In this document: positions 51,249 to 60,834 of the stretch, one piece after another
How positions within the stretch are numbered: the first letter of the stretch is position 1
Layout of the letters: each line of letters opens with the position of its first letter
From: Cyanobacteriota bacterium
GTDB lineage: Bacteria > Cyanobacteriota > Cyanobacteriia > Cyanobacteriales > Nostocaceae
Direction: 5' to 3'
DNA length: 64,000 nucleotides
NCBI GenBank assembly: GCA_046045965.1
Contig: JBJOKS010000007.1
Location: 32,001 to 96,000, forward strand
The notes under the pieces: generated by a model
What the model was told of the DNA's origin: nothing
Databases searched by the model: none
The model's input: the letters and a program-made list of their open reading frames with translations, nothing else
Made by a program: the position numbers and the translations under genes

Positions 51249-52028
51249 CTACATATCTTCTATCGCTTCTTTGGCATATTTCTTCACATATTCATCATGC
51301 TCAGAATCTGACAAAAAATATTCTAACTGACTTTTGATAGATTCAACATCTACCTCATCTTCCATTATTAACAAAGCATCTATAATAGCAGTTCTCACTG
51401 AGCGTCTGTTGCTATCTGGAATCAATTTAACGATTGTATTAAATCTCCTTTGAACAGGAATATTAGAGGTACAAGCAATACTTGTAATTAGGATTTCCCA
51501 TTTTTTTTCTAAAACTAATAAATTCTTATTATCTGGGCTAGGTTTTGGTAGATGGTTGAGAGTAGAAATAATTACGTTTCCACACTCTGCTAACAGCATA
51601 ACTGTAGCATCAAAACCTTCACGAATTTTTCTGGAAGTACCCAAATCTAATACTTCCAATACTAATTTAACAGATGTTATCTGTTTAGCAACCTTTTGAG
51701 CTAATGCTTTTCTGTTATTTGGATGAGATTGGAAATAATCTTTGATTAAGATTGAACCAAAAAATTCACCAGCAGAAGAAGTAATTAAGGTTCTATCAAC
51801 ATAATTATTTTGATTTGAAATATTGTAATTTCCTGTTGAGAATAAAAACCGCCCAGTAGCTAAATTAATTGCTTTTCTGGTAGACCGAGGTTTAAATCTA
51901 TTGACTTTTTTTATTCTGGTTTCAGAAAATTTGGAAAATCGCAATTCGTCAATATTATCTTGACCTTTACTTTTCTTAGAAGATTGTAAATTTTCAATTT
52001 GAGAATGACTAGCATATTTAGTAATCAT
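51249..52028 (-). CDS. Hypothetical protein with low-complexity N-terminus and HEAT-like helical C-terminus
   Basis: ATG at 52028 overlaps the end of the upstream gene; C-terminal RSVRTAIIDAL...DEYVKKYAKEAIED is HEAT-like. Confidence 0.65.
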   Translation of the reverse strand: MITKYASHSQIENLQSSKKSKGQDNIDELRFSKFSETRIKKVNRFKPRSTRKAINLATGRFLFSTGNYNISNQNNYVDRTLITSSAGEFFGSILIKDYFQSHPNNRKALAQKVAKQITSVKLVLEVLDLGTSRKIREGFDATVMLLAECGNVIISTLNHLPKPSPDNKNLLVLEKKWEILITSIACTSNIPVQRRFNTIVKLIPDSNRRSVRTAIIDALLIMEDEVDVESIKSQLEYFLSDSEHDEYVKKYAKEAIEDM

Positions 52029-52785
52029 AACCCCCCCATAATTTTTGAGCATCTTCTTTTGTTAGTTCCAAAAAAGCTTTTACTATGTAATCATGAGCAG
52101 ATATAAACCAGTCTGTTGTAGGAATAGTATTATCATAACTTTTTGCAATCAGTTCAAAAGATAATAAATTCTCTGAATGTGCTTCTGTATCTTCATCAGT
52201 GGATGTGGATAATTGGTCTATTTTAACAGATAATATTCCAAAATTATTAGGTAATAAGAAATTAATTTGAAAATCTAATGAATCTGGAACATTGAGGAAG
52301 CCACTCCATTCTGTTGTTATAAAATTAAATATTTTGCCATGATCTTTAGCATTTCTCCAACCCATATTTCTATCAATTTCATTTAAATAAGCCAAAGCAT
52401 AATCATTAACTTGTATAGGCTCTAATGAAATACTCAACCACCATTCTTGTAGATGATTCCAATGACTAATAAATTCTTGAAAAATATATTCAAAATTAGG
52501 ATATACATCTTGGTGATCATAAATCCAGTTAAATATAAATAGATTTTCTTGAAGCTGAATTATTTTTCTTCTGTCATTTGATATAAACCCCACTCTACGT
52601 AGAGGTGTTGTAGTATTTTCATGTTCTTCTAAGATAATTGGTTCGCTATCTTGTTGCAATGGAAAGTAGGAACGAATTGATTCCCAATAAAGTCCGAAAT
52701 GAATAGAAGAAAAACCAGGCGCAACAAATTCTACAGAAAAAACAATCTCAATTAGCGGGGGCTGTGTAAAGCTTACTGAAGCCAT
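52018..52785 (-). CDS. TIGR04255-like family protein
   Basis: N-terminal FTQPPLIEIVFSVEF, IQLQENLFIFNW, YPNFE, ALAYLNEI, C-terminal AHDYIVKAFLELTKEDAQKLW. Confidence 0.8.
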   Translation of the reverse strand: MASVSFTQPPLIEIVFSVEFVAPGFSSIHFGLYWESIRSYFPLQQDSEPIILEEHENTTTPLRRVGFISNDRRKIIQLQENLFIFNWIYDHQDVYPNFEYIFQEFISHWNHLQEWWLSISLEPIQVNDYALAYLNEIDRNMGWRNAKDHGKIFNFITTEWSGFLNVPDSLDFQINFLLPNNFGILSVKIDQLSTSTDEDTEAHSENLLSFELIAKSYDNTIPTTDWFISAHDYIVKAFLELTKEDAQKLWGGYDY

Positions 52786-53076
52786 TAGTCTGGGTGATGA
52801 TTATATTAATCATTTAGCAATACACAATAATATTAGCATTCATATAGATAGTAAAACTAGACCTATTTCATGGACTGGAAAGGCTGAGTTTTGGTATAAC
52901 GTTTTGATTGATCTGACAAATTTCCTGTAAATCAATGCTCAAAGTCTGTTAAAATGCAGTGCTGCGGCTTATGCTTTCAGTCTTGGTGCTATTTGCCCAT
53001 GCAGCCCTTCAAACCCACATTCCGCCTAAGACTGACGCTGTAATGAGCGACAGGCCGATGTTATTTACGGAGTTCT

Positions 53077-54408
53077 ATGTCTTTTTCTAATCTCGGCTTG
53101 TCCAATGAAATTATTCGCGCAGTCACAGAACTAGGGTACACCAAACCCACACCAATTCAAACACAGGCGATTCCCGCAGTATTAGCGGGTGGTGATTTAC
53201 TAGCGGGCGCTCAAACTGGTACGGGAAAAACCGCGAGTTTCACTTTGCCACTTCTGCATAAGTTGTCATCAAATCAGAACGCTAATAACAATCCTACAGG
53301 ATGGATGCCGATCCGGGCGTTAATTCTCACTCCTACACGGGAACTCGCCGCTCAGATACAGGAAAACGTGCATGATTATGGTAAGTACCTGAAACTGAAA
53401 TCAACGGTGATATTCGGTGGGGTGAGTATAAATCCGCAAAAACGACAGTTGAAAAGTGGTGTAGATATTCTGGTTGCTACTCCTGGAAGACTGCTAGACC
53501 ATCTGGAACAGGGAACGGTGAACCTATCACGGGTTGAGGTTTTGGTGTTGGATGAAGCTGATCGAATGCTGGATATGGGCTTTATTCGTGATATCCGGCG
53601 TATTCTCTCAATTTTGCCTAAGCAGCGTCAAAATTTGTTATTCTTTGCTACCTTTTCTGATAAAATCAAGGAATTAGCCGCAGGTTTGCTGAATCACCCG
53701 ACGATGATTGAGGTAGCACGCCGCAACGTTACCGCTGATACAATAGCACAAAGAGCCTATCAGGTAGACCGTGATAAAAAGCGTCACTTACTTGCTCACT
53801 TAATTAAACAAGATGATTGGTATCAAGTTCTAGTGTTTACTCGGACTAAATACGGTGCTGATCGTCTGGTGAAGCAGTTGAATGATGACCGTATTCAAGC
53901 ACTGGCAATTCACGGGAATAAAAGCCAGGGGGCGCGTACCCACGCTTTAGCAAAGTTTAAGGATGGTAAGTTACAGGTGCTGGTGGCTACGGATATTGCT
54001 GCTAGGGGTCTGGATATCAGTGAATTACCCCATGTTGTCAATTTTGATTTACCCAATGTACCAGAAGATTATGTGCATCGGATTGGTCGTACAGGCCGCG
54101 CTGGTGCAAAAGGTGAAGCGGTATCTTTGGTGTGTGTTGATGAGTTGCATTTGTTGGCAGATATCGAAAAACTGATCAAGCAGCCGTTGTCATTGGAAGT
54201 GGTTGCTGGCTTTGGAATTAACCCCGATATTAAGCCGGAACCAATTCAAAATGGACGCAGACAAAAACCCCAAGCTGGACAGGATCAGGAGACGGCTGGT
54301 TCTACTGCTAAACGGAAAACAGCACCCCGGAGATCGGGTTATAAGGCAGCAAAAAAGTCTGGTGATAGTTCGTCTACATCACACTATGGGAAAAAACGCG
54401 ATCGCTAG
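53077..54408 (+). CDS. crhC: Cold-inducible DEAD-box RNA helicase (RhlE/CrhC type)
   Basis: Q motif, [21 protein letters not shown] in place of SAT (as described for Anabaena CrhC), HRIGRTGR. Confidence 0.88.
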   Translation: MSFSNLGLSNEIIRAVTELGYTKPTPIQTQAIPAVLAGGDLLAGAQTGTGKTASFTLPLLHKLSSNQNANNNPTGWMPIRALILTPTRELAAQIQENVHDYGKYLKLKSTVIFGGVSINPQKRQLKSGVDILVATPGRLLDHLEQGTVNLSRVEVLVLDEADRMLDMGFIRDIRRILSILPKQRQNLLFFATFSDKIKELAAGLLNHPTMIEVARRNVTADTIAQRAYQVDRDKKRHLLAHLIKQDDWYQVLVFTRTKYGADRLVKQLNDDRIQALAIHGNKSQGARTHALAKFKDGKLQVLVATDIAARGLDISELPHVVNFDLPNVPEDYVHRIGRTGRAGAKGEAVSLVCVDELHLLADIEKLIKQPLSLEVVAGFGINPDIKPEPIQNGRRQKPQAGQDQETAGSTAKRKTAPRRSGYKAAKKSGDSSSTSHYGKKRDR

Positions 54409-54473
54409 GATAACAGGTGACAGGTGACAGGTGACAGGTGACAGTATTAGATTTAAAAAAATCGCTAGGATAA

Positions 54474-55442
54474 TTACCGCATAACATCCAAACCCAAAGC
54501 CACAGCCCCCCACAATGGGGCTTCATCCCCCAACAACGCCCGCACAACTTCAAAATTCACTTCTGGTAATGCGGTTTCGTGGGCTACTTTGCGTACTATT
54601 GCCCAAAAATTATCCCCGGCTTTGGTGACTCCACCACCTAAAACAAAGCGTTGGGGGTTCATCAAGTTAGCCACATTACCAATACCTACACCCAGCGCCC
54701 AAGCAGCTTTATATAAGACTTCTTTGGCTAACTCATCCCCATGTCCTGCCGCTACACTTACTATTTGTCCGGTAATTAGGTTTAAATCATTATTTACTAA
54801 ATACTTCAGTATTTCTCCTCTGGTGCTGGTTGGGGAATTATGCGCTTCTTTCTCCAACAGTTCTCGTGCATTTTGTGCTATGTAGGGACCAGAAGCTAAA
54901 CGTTCTACACATCCGCGTTTTCCACATAAGCACACTGGACCTGTGGGATCTACCACTATATGGCCAATTTCCCCAGCCATACCTCCTGCACCCTGCCAAG
55001 GTTTGCCGTTAAGTATCCAACCTCCGCCTACGCCTGTACTGATGGTAATATAAAATAAGCTGTCGTATCCCTGTCCAGCACCAAATCTATGTTCACCAAT
55101 AGCAGCAACGTTAGCATCATTGTCTACACTGACAGGAGCATTATATTCTTCTTCTAGCAGTTGTTTGAGGGGAATATTTTCCCAACCGGGGACGTGATGA
55201 GACAGTCGGACGAGTCCGGTGGCTGCGTCTACTGGTCCGCCAAAACTCACACCAATAGCATCTGGTTTGCGTCTGTCTAATACAGATTCAATGAGCGATC
55301 GCATAATTTCTACATCACTCAAAGCATCCGCATTTGCAGGTGAAAGACGATTTTCATAACGCAACCACTCCCGAGAACCAGCTTCCACTGTCGCTGCTGC
55401 TAATTTAGTTCCACCAAAATCAAGAGCTAATATTAATGTCAT
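54474..55442 (-). CDS. ROK family sugar kinase
   Basis: DFGGTK, DNDANVAAIGE, STGVGGG, GEIGH, CLCGKRGCVE. Start at ATG 55442. Confidence 0.9.
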   Translation of the reverse strand: MTLILALDFGGTKLAAATVEAGSREWLRYENRLSPANADALSDVEIMRSLIESVLDRRKPDAIGVSFGGPVDAATGLVRLSHHVPGWENIPLKQLLEEEYNAPVSVDNDANVAAIGEHRFGAGQGYDSLFYITISTGVGGGWILNGKPWQGAGGMAGEIGHIVVDPTGPVCLCGKRGCVERLASGPYIAQNARELLEKEAHNSPTSTRGEILKYLVNNDLNLITGQIVSVAAGHGDELAKEVLYKAAWALGVGIGNVANLMNPQRFVLGGGVTKAGDNFWAIVRKVAHETALPEVNFEVVRALLGDEAPLWGAVALGLDVMR

Positions 55443-55499
55443 AATTGGTAATTGATAATTGGTAATTGGTGATAGAAAAACAGTTTGACTCATTACCGA

Positions 55500-56249
55500 T
55501 TAACTATAACCATTCCCCATTATCTCGTTAATAAAATTTTGCAGTCGTGTATAGTGTGACCCTTTCCAATAAATTTGGGTGCAGTCTTGACAGCGATGAA
55601 ATTCATTGATCTGTAACTCTATATTTGCTGGTAATTGATCAATCACAGCTTCTTTTTTAACAGATGTCAATAACCCATTACAACGCAAACATCTTTTAAA
55701 AGGTGATACTACTGTAAATAAATCAAACCGTCGCATAACTTCCACAATTTGCTGTTGCGGTTGGGTATTCCTGACATAATAGCCATGAGTCACCAAACTT
55801 CGCATCAAAAGACCTTTATCACGAGTTAATAAAATTCTCTCTTGGTGAGAAGATATTACTGCTAATTGTTCATCCCCATAGTCCTCATTACGATACAAAG
55901 TATCAAAACCTAACAATCTTAAAGATGTCGCTAACTTACCCAAATGAATATCTAGTACAAAGCGGATAACACTGGGTGCTTTTGGTCTTAGGGAAATGCT
56001 TGATCTATTCAAACCAGCAGAAATGGGATAGACATGAATATTATCTTCATCCTGAATTATATAAGAAAAATTGACATATTCCCCATTAACTTCTATAAAA
56101 TCAACTTCTGTATGAGGAACTCCAAAAGATTCTATTGTATCTTTAATAGAATTTCTTTCCTCAAAATAATGGGCTATTTTTACCTGCTTTTGATGTTTGG
56201 GTAAAAAATAATTTAGTTCAGCATGAAAACAGAAATATGCAACAGCCAT
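55500..56249 (-). CDS. Mut7-C RNase domain protein with N-terminal ubiquitin-like domain
   Basis: SIKDTIESFGVPHTEV; FVLDIHLGKLA..LRLLGFD; LLTRD; RCLRCNG...CQDC..IYWKGSHY. Confidence 0.9.
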   Translation of the reverse strand: MAVAYFCFHAELNYFLPKHQKQVKIAHYFEERNSIKDTIESFGVPHTEVDFIEVNGEYVNFSYIIQDEDNIHVYPISAGLNRSSISLRPKAPSVIRFVLDIHLGKLATSLRLLGFDTLYRNEDYGDEQLAVISSHQERILLTRDKGLLMRSLVTHGYYVRNTQPQQQIVEVMRRFDLFTVVSPFKRCLRCNGLLTSVKKEAVIDQLPANIELQINEFHRCQDCTQIYWKGSHYTRLQNFINEIMGNGYS

Positions 56250-56314
56250 AGTTAGTAAGTAAATGTTTTCAATAAAATGCAATATTTCGTAATAAGTAGA
56301 ACAACATAACTAGA

Positions 56315-56420
56315 TACAGTATATTGTCGGTAAATGAAGTACAAATATTAATAGTATAAGTCTTGTGGGGTGGGCATCTTGCCCGCCCTTGTGTACCTCA
56401 TTATCATCAAATTTGCTGTA
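56315..56420. mobile_element. Putative MITE carrying a REP-like hairpin
   Basis: Ends TACAG...AATGAAGTACA and TGTACCTCATT...CTGTA are imperfect inverted repeats; internal GGGTGGGCATCTTGCCCGCCC hairpin. Confidence 0.5.
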
Positions 56421-56515
56421 GATCCCCAACTGCTCAAAGAAGTCGGGGATCTGGGTATTACGTTTTTGCAGTCGAATCTCTGTATAGCTTTTTGCCTATT
56501 TATTGGATTGGAAAC

Positions 56516-56838
56516 TCTAATGATTATTGTAATCAATAATGATTAGACTCATGTAATCTAGATATAATGAGAAAGATTAGCAAAAATGAGAGATTTTTTC
56601 AATTACTTGCTTTTCTGATTAAATTCTGTTACTGTTGATACAGATTGTCAAAAATCCAGCATAATGACACTTTCAGCATCTTCGTGGCTGATGAACTTTG
56701 AGTACAGCACCACAGATGAAAGTTCTTATCCCTCCTGCCATCTACCTTTAGGCTGATAAGTTCAATTTCTGATGAGTTCTCCTGGGATAGCTTTATAGTT
56801 TATATTTTTTTAGTAAGCAGTTGAGAAATATTATCAAT
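56516..56838. promoter_or_regulatory. Cluster of Fur-box-like sites
   Basis: 14-bp inverted repeat at 56516-56547 (one mismatch); AATGAGAAAGATTAGCAAA at 56566-56584; TTGAGAAATATTATCAAT at 56821-56838. Confidence 0.45.
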
Positions 56839-57279
56839 ATGTCTACATCAATTGATACAATTCAACCTTGTCAAACTATGTCCTTAGATATAGAGACAAC
56901 AGCTATTGAGAAGGATATAGATAATCTAGGTTTAAGCAAAACTTCACAAATTAACCTTGCGGTGGGCAATATCGAAGCTTGTACTATTAATTACATTAAG
57001 GTAAAGTATAAGTCCAGGGCTAATTGGTGTGACTCGACTGCAACAAAGTTTAATTTATTTACCAAAAGCATAAAATCTAGTTTGATAAAAATCAATTTCC
57101 AGCAGGTAAAATTTTCTGAATGGCTTAATAAAATCGTATACCTAATAACAGTGTTTACTACGGAAGTAATCATCCTATTGATGCTGAGATTTGTAAATAG
57201 AGGATTTATTAACCGGAAATACTTGCAAAAACCAGAAGCTTATAAAGTGGAAAGTTGTTTTTACTTGTTTAATTTATGA
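56821..57279 (+). CDS. Doubtful hypothetical ORF
   Basis: 152-aa AT-rich ORF with no recognisable motif; ATG alternative at 56839. Confidence 0.3.
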   Translation: MRNIINMSTSIDTIQPCQTMSLDIETTAIEKDIDNLGLSKTSQINLAVGNIEACTINYIKVKYKSRANWCDSTATKFNLFTKSIKSSLIKINFQQVKFSEWLNKIVYLITVFTTEVIILLMLRFVNRGFINRKYLQKPEAYKVESCFYLFNL

Positions 57280-57359
57280 ACATCGACAGTAGTAGCTAGA
57301 AACACAATTTTACTTTTTCTTTATCTTTGTCTATAAAATCAATTGTTGAGAAAATTAAT

Positions 57360-58343
57360 ATGAATACATTTTTCTGTTCTGACTATTCCCGACAAGTAGG
57401 AGAAGAAATTATTGGTAGTGCTACAAACTACCAAACTTATATTTTAGTAGAATGTCCTACACCTTGGATGTCAGAAGCATTTCAATCTAAATGGGTTCCT
57501 GATAATTTGCGGGTTTTAGTTGAAGAAGTAAAACGGAGTAAATTACCGATTAGATTTTTGTTAATTGCTAATGATGAATCACATCGAGTAGAACAAACTA
57601 CATTATTGATTTATCAAAAACAAGAAGGTTTAAGTAATGGCTACCGCAAGCAAGAATTCAAGTTACCAAATATTGAACAAGTAGCGGGAGTTGTGCGGAA
57701 ATGGTTATCAGGTGGAAATGCTGATTATCAAATAGAAAATAATATAACTAGAGATATTTTAGTTTGTACACATGGTAGCCATGATCAATGTTGTGCAAGA
57801 TATGGAAATCCTTTTTATTTTCATGCTAAAAATACTATTTCTGATTTGCAATTTGATCATGTAAGAATTTGGAGATCCAGCCATTTTGGCGGACATCGTT
57901 TTGCACCGACAGCCATAGATTTACCAGAAGCAAGATATTATGGAGTATTGGATCAAGAATCTTTCAGATCAATTTTAACTCGGACTGGTGATATACAATT
58001 TTTAAATAAAGTCTATCGGGGTTGGGGAATTTTGCCCCCGGTACTACAGGTTTTGGAAAGAGAAATAATTTTTAGTCAAGGATGGAATTGGTTTAATAAT
58101 AAAGTAGCAGGTAAAATTTTAGAGCAAAGCATGGATAATAATACAATGTTAGCAGAGCTAACTTTTGAAAATCCTGCTGGTTCTCTTTATACTTATCAAG
58201 CTAAACTTGTGAAAGATGCAGTGAAAACGCGAGTTTTAAAGAGTTCTTGTCATGCGACACAAGAGTGTTTGGTTGTTAAATATGCTGTAGATAATCTTGC
58301 TTTAGTTGATAGGAAAGTGGTTAGTTATGCCAATAATTATTAG
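57360..58343 (+). CDS. Sucrase/ferredoxin-like (thioredoxin-like 2Fe-2S) protein
   Basis: ILVCTHGSHDQCCARYG, SSHFGGHRFAPT, YRGWG. Start at ATG 57360. Confidence 0.88.
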   Translation: MNTFFCSDYSRQVGEEIIGSATNYQTYILVECPTPWMSEAFQSKWVPDNLRVLVEEVKRSKLPIRFLLIANDESHRVEQTTLLIYQKQEGLSNGYRKQEFKLPNIEQVAGVVRKWLSGGNADYQIENNITRDILVCTHGSHDQCCARYGNPFYFHAKNTISDLQFDHVRIWRSSHFGGHRFAPTAIDLPEARYYGVLDQESFRSILTRTGDIQFLNKVYRGWGILPPVLQVLEREIIFSQGWNWFNNKVAGKILEQSMDNNTMLAELTFENPAGSLYTYQAKLVKDAVKTRVLKSSCHATQECLVVKYAVDNLALVDRKVVSYANNY

Positions 58344-58569
58344 TGCAAGAAGGTAAAAAGTAGGAAGAAAAAAGTTTATTTTGGTAGGGGTTTAGCATTG
58401 CTAAACCTCTATTTTTTAAATCAAACGATTAAGCATTTTTCCAAAGGTTAATTTTTTAGCCGCTTTAAGTACAGCCGACAGAGGAATTTTAGCAAAATTT
58501 GACAAAAAACAGAATAAAGACCAGTAAGTATGTATATTATCTAATAGATAACCTCTTGCTGACGCGATT

Positions 58570-60669
58570 ATGCCGCCTGACTACTCCGGTCAAAATCTCC
58601 GAGGGCGCTCTTTTAAAGGTCAAAACCTGACAGGAGCTAACTTTAGCAAAGCCGATATTAGAGGGGCAGATTTTACCAACGCTATCCTTAAAGGTGCTAA
58701 TTTTAGCAAAGCCGATATTAGAGGAACAAATTTTACCAACGCTATCCTCAAAAATGCTGGTTTTAATGATGCTACGGCTGGACTAGTAGAAGTTGGCGAA
58801 ATTGGGCTAAAGATTTTAGTGATGCTACTGTTAGCACTATCAGGAGTTTTTTTAACGTTCATTAATTCAGTGATAAGATTGGCTCTTGATAACAAAAGCT
58901 CTACACATTTTATTAGTGGCATAGTTGTCCTAGTCATTGTGATAGTCTTTTTTATTGTCACTATTCGGAAGGGTTTAATAGCCGGAGTCTTAGCCGTAAT
59001 CGGAGCCGGAGCCTTAGCCGTAACTGTAGCTATAGTCATAGACTTAGACAGAGCAGAATTCAAAGCCGTAAGTGTAGCCAAAACCGTAGCCGTAACCGTA
59101 GAATTAGCCGTAACCGTAGCCGTAACCGTAGCCGTAACCGTAGCTATAGCAATAGTCATAGCCGGAACCAGAGTCTCAGCCATAGCCTCAGACATAGCCG
59201 TAGCTTTAGATAGAAACGTATACGGAATCTTAGGCGTAACGATAACCATAAGCATACTCGTAGCCTTAGATGGAGTCTTAGATGGAGCCTTAGTCTTAGG
59301 CGGAGTTTTCGGGCTTTTTAGTGCTTACATTGGCTGTCTTAGTTTGGCTGGAGATAAAAGAAATTCTTGGATTCGCTCATTTGCTATAGCTTTTGCAGCT
59401 ACAGGTGGAACAAGTTTTCGTGGTGCTGATTTAACTGATGCTGATTTTACTGGTGCAACCCTAGAAAACACAGATTTCAGAACAAAAAATCTAACGCGGA
59501 CTCGTTTTTATGAAGCTAAAAATCTTGATTTTGCTAGACTAGGTGATAGTATATTAAGTAACCCCTCTGTTCTATACTTGCTTGTTAATTCCGACACGGG
59601 AAGAAATTCCTATGTTGGTGCTAACCTCAGAGGTGCAAACCTGACAAATGCAAATTTGAAAAAGGCTAATTTAGAAAATGCTGATATTAGTGAAGCCATT
59701 TTACAAAATGCTTGTTTACAAGAGGCAAATTTGACTGGTGCTAACCTCAGAGGCGCAAACCTGACAAATGCAGATTTGGAAAAAGCTAATTTAAAAAATG
59801 CTAATATTAGTGAAGCCACTTTCCAAGACGCTTGTTTAAAAAGGGCAAACCTGACTCTTACTCAAGCTGTCGGTACTAATTTCACCAAAGCTCAAATGAC
59901 AGGCTCTTGTGTGGAAGCTTGGAATATTGACAGATCCACTAAGTTAGACAATGTTACTTGTGACTTTGTCTATCTTCTAGATGAACTCAAACTGGGAACC
60001 AATTATCGTGAACGTCGTCCTAGTAGTGGGGAATTTGAACAAAAAGAATTTACCAAATTATTTGAAGAAGTTTTAAACACTGTTGATTTAATTTTTCGTA
60101 ATGGAGTTGACTGGAAAAATCTTTCTAATCCTAGTGAGTTTGAAGTTGAAGATGAACTTACAAGTAGAAAATTAGAAATCCGGAGTACTGAAAATAAAAG
60201 GTATGGGGTAGTCCTTATTAAGGTTGCTATTCCTCAACTTGCTGTTTTCGTAGCCAATAATAATAATGTTCAAGTTGATAACAAAGTGGATAATAAAAAT
60301 ATGAATAACAGTAATGATTCCAGCCGTAATGTCGAAGTAGAGATGAATATTAAAGAAGCTACAGGAGTAGCAGGTAAGGTTATGGGAAATCAGATTATTA
60401 ATCCCAAGCAAAACCTAGCGGACTCTGCTAGTGAGATTCAACAATTACTTCAAATTCTCAATCAATCCTATCCTGCTGATATACCTACAGATACTCAAGC
60501 AGAAATTGACGTGGCGGTTAAGGGTATCAATAAAAATCCAGAACTAAAGGAACGGGTAATAGGTTCATTAAAAGCGGGTGGTATTGAAGCAATTAAAGAA
60601 CTTGCTGATAATCTTTATGTAAATGTTCTCATTGCTGCTTATGACGGATGGAAAAACCCCCAATCATAA
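58570..60669 (+). CDS. Pentapeptide-repeat membrane protein
   Basis: A(N/D)(L/F)xx repeats at both ends; central V/A/T-rich TM region; ERRPSSGEF motif; C-terminal LADSASEIQQLL domain. Confidence 0.9.
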   Translation: MPPDYSGQNLRGRSFKGQNLTGANFSKADIRGADFTNAILKGANFSKADIRGTNFTNAILKNAGFNDATAGLVEVGEIGLKILVMLLLALSGVFLTFINSVIRLALDNKSSTHFISGIVVLVIVIVFFIVTIRKGLIAGVLAVIGAGALAVTVAIVIDLDRAEFKAVSVAKTVAVTVELAVTVAVTVAVTVAIAIVIAGTRVSAIASDIAVALDRNVYGILGVTITISILVALDGVLDGALVLGGVFGLFSAYIGCLSLAGDKRNSWIRSFAIAFAATGGTSFRGADLTDADFTGATLENTDFRTKNLTRTRFYEAKNLDFARLGDSILSNPSVLYLLVNSDTGRNSYVGANLRGANLTNANLKKANLENADISEAILQNACLQEANLTGANLRGANLTNADLEKANLKNANISEATFQDACLKRANLTLTQAVGTNFTKAQMTGSCVEAWNIDRSTKLDNVTCDFVYLLDELKLGTNYRERRPSSGEFEQKEFTKLFEEVLNTVDLIFRNGVDWKNLSNPSEFEVEDELTSRKLEIRSTENKRYGVVLIKVAIPQLAVFVANNNNVQVDNKVDNKNMNNSNDSSRNVEVEMNIKEATGVAGKVMGNQIINPKQNLADSASEIQQLLQILNQSYPADIPTDTQAEIDVAVKGINKNPELKERVIGSLKAGGIEAIKELADNLYVNVLIAAYDGWKNPQS

Positions 60670-60783
60670 ACTTTTACCACTAATTTCTGGTTTTTTTGGT
60701 TTAGGTTAAAAGTGCCGATATGATGGGAGGTAGAACCTCCTAGAAGGCATTCCCAGTCGGAGACTGGGAACAAGAGAAATTAC

Positions 60784-60821
60784 TCAAAGTCCCCCTTTTT
60801 AAGGGGGATTTAGGGGGATCT
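60784..60821 (-). repeat. REP-like palindrome, copy E
   Basis: Exact 38-bp reverse complement of copy C (16033-16070). Adjacent to further hairpins (GGAGGTAGAACCTCC; TTCCCAGTCGGAGACTGGGAA). Confidence 0.85.
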
Positions 60822-60834
60822 ATTTTCTATTCTA

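Noticed and set aside
53641..53652. SAT-to-FAT change as a helicase-inactivating novelty
   Set aside because: This is an already described feature of Anabaena CrhC.
56685..56785. Hammerhead ribozyme (two CTGATGA occurrences)
   Set aside because: No GAAA correctly placed after a stem II, and no stem I/III with an NUH cleavage site.
58620..59819. Long antisense ORFs in the pentapeptide gene, and similar shadow ORFs in the LCP, AI-2E, ndhF3, cruF and kinase genes
   Set aside because: Explained by repeat or codon bias on the opposite strand of real genes; no motifs or RBS.
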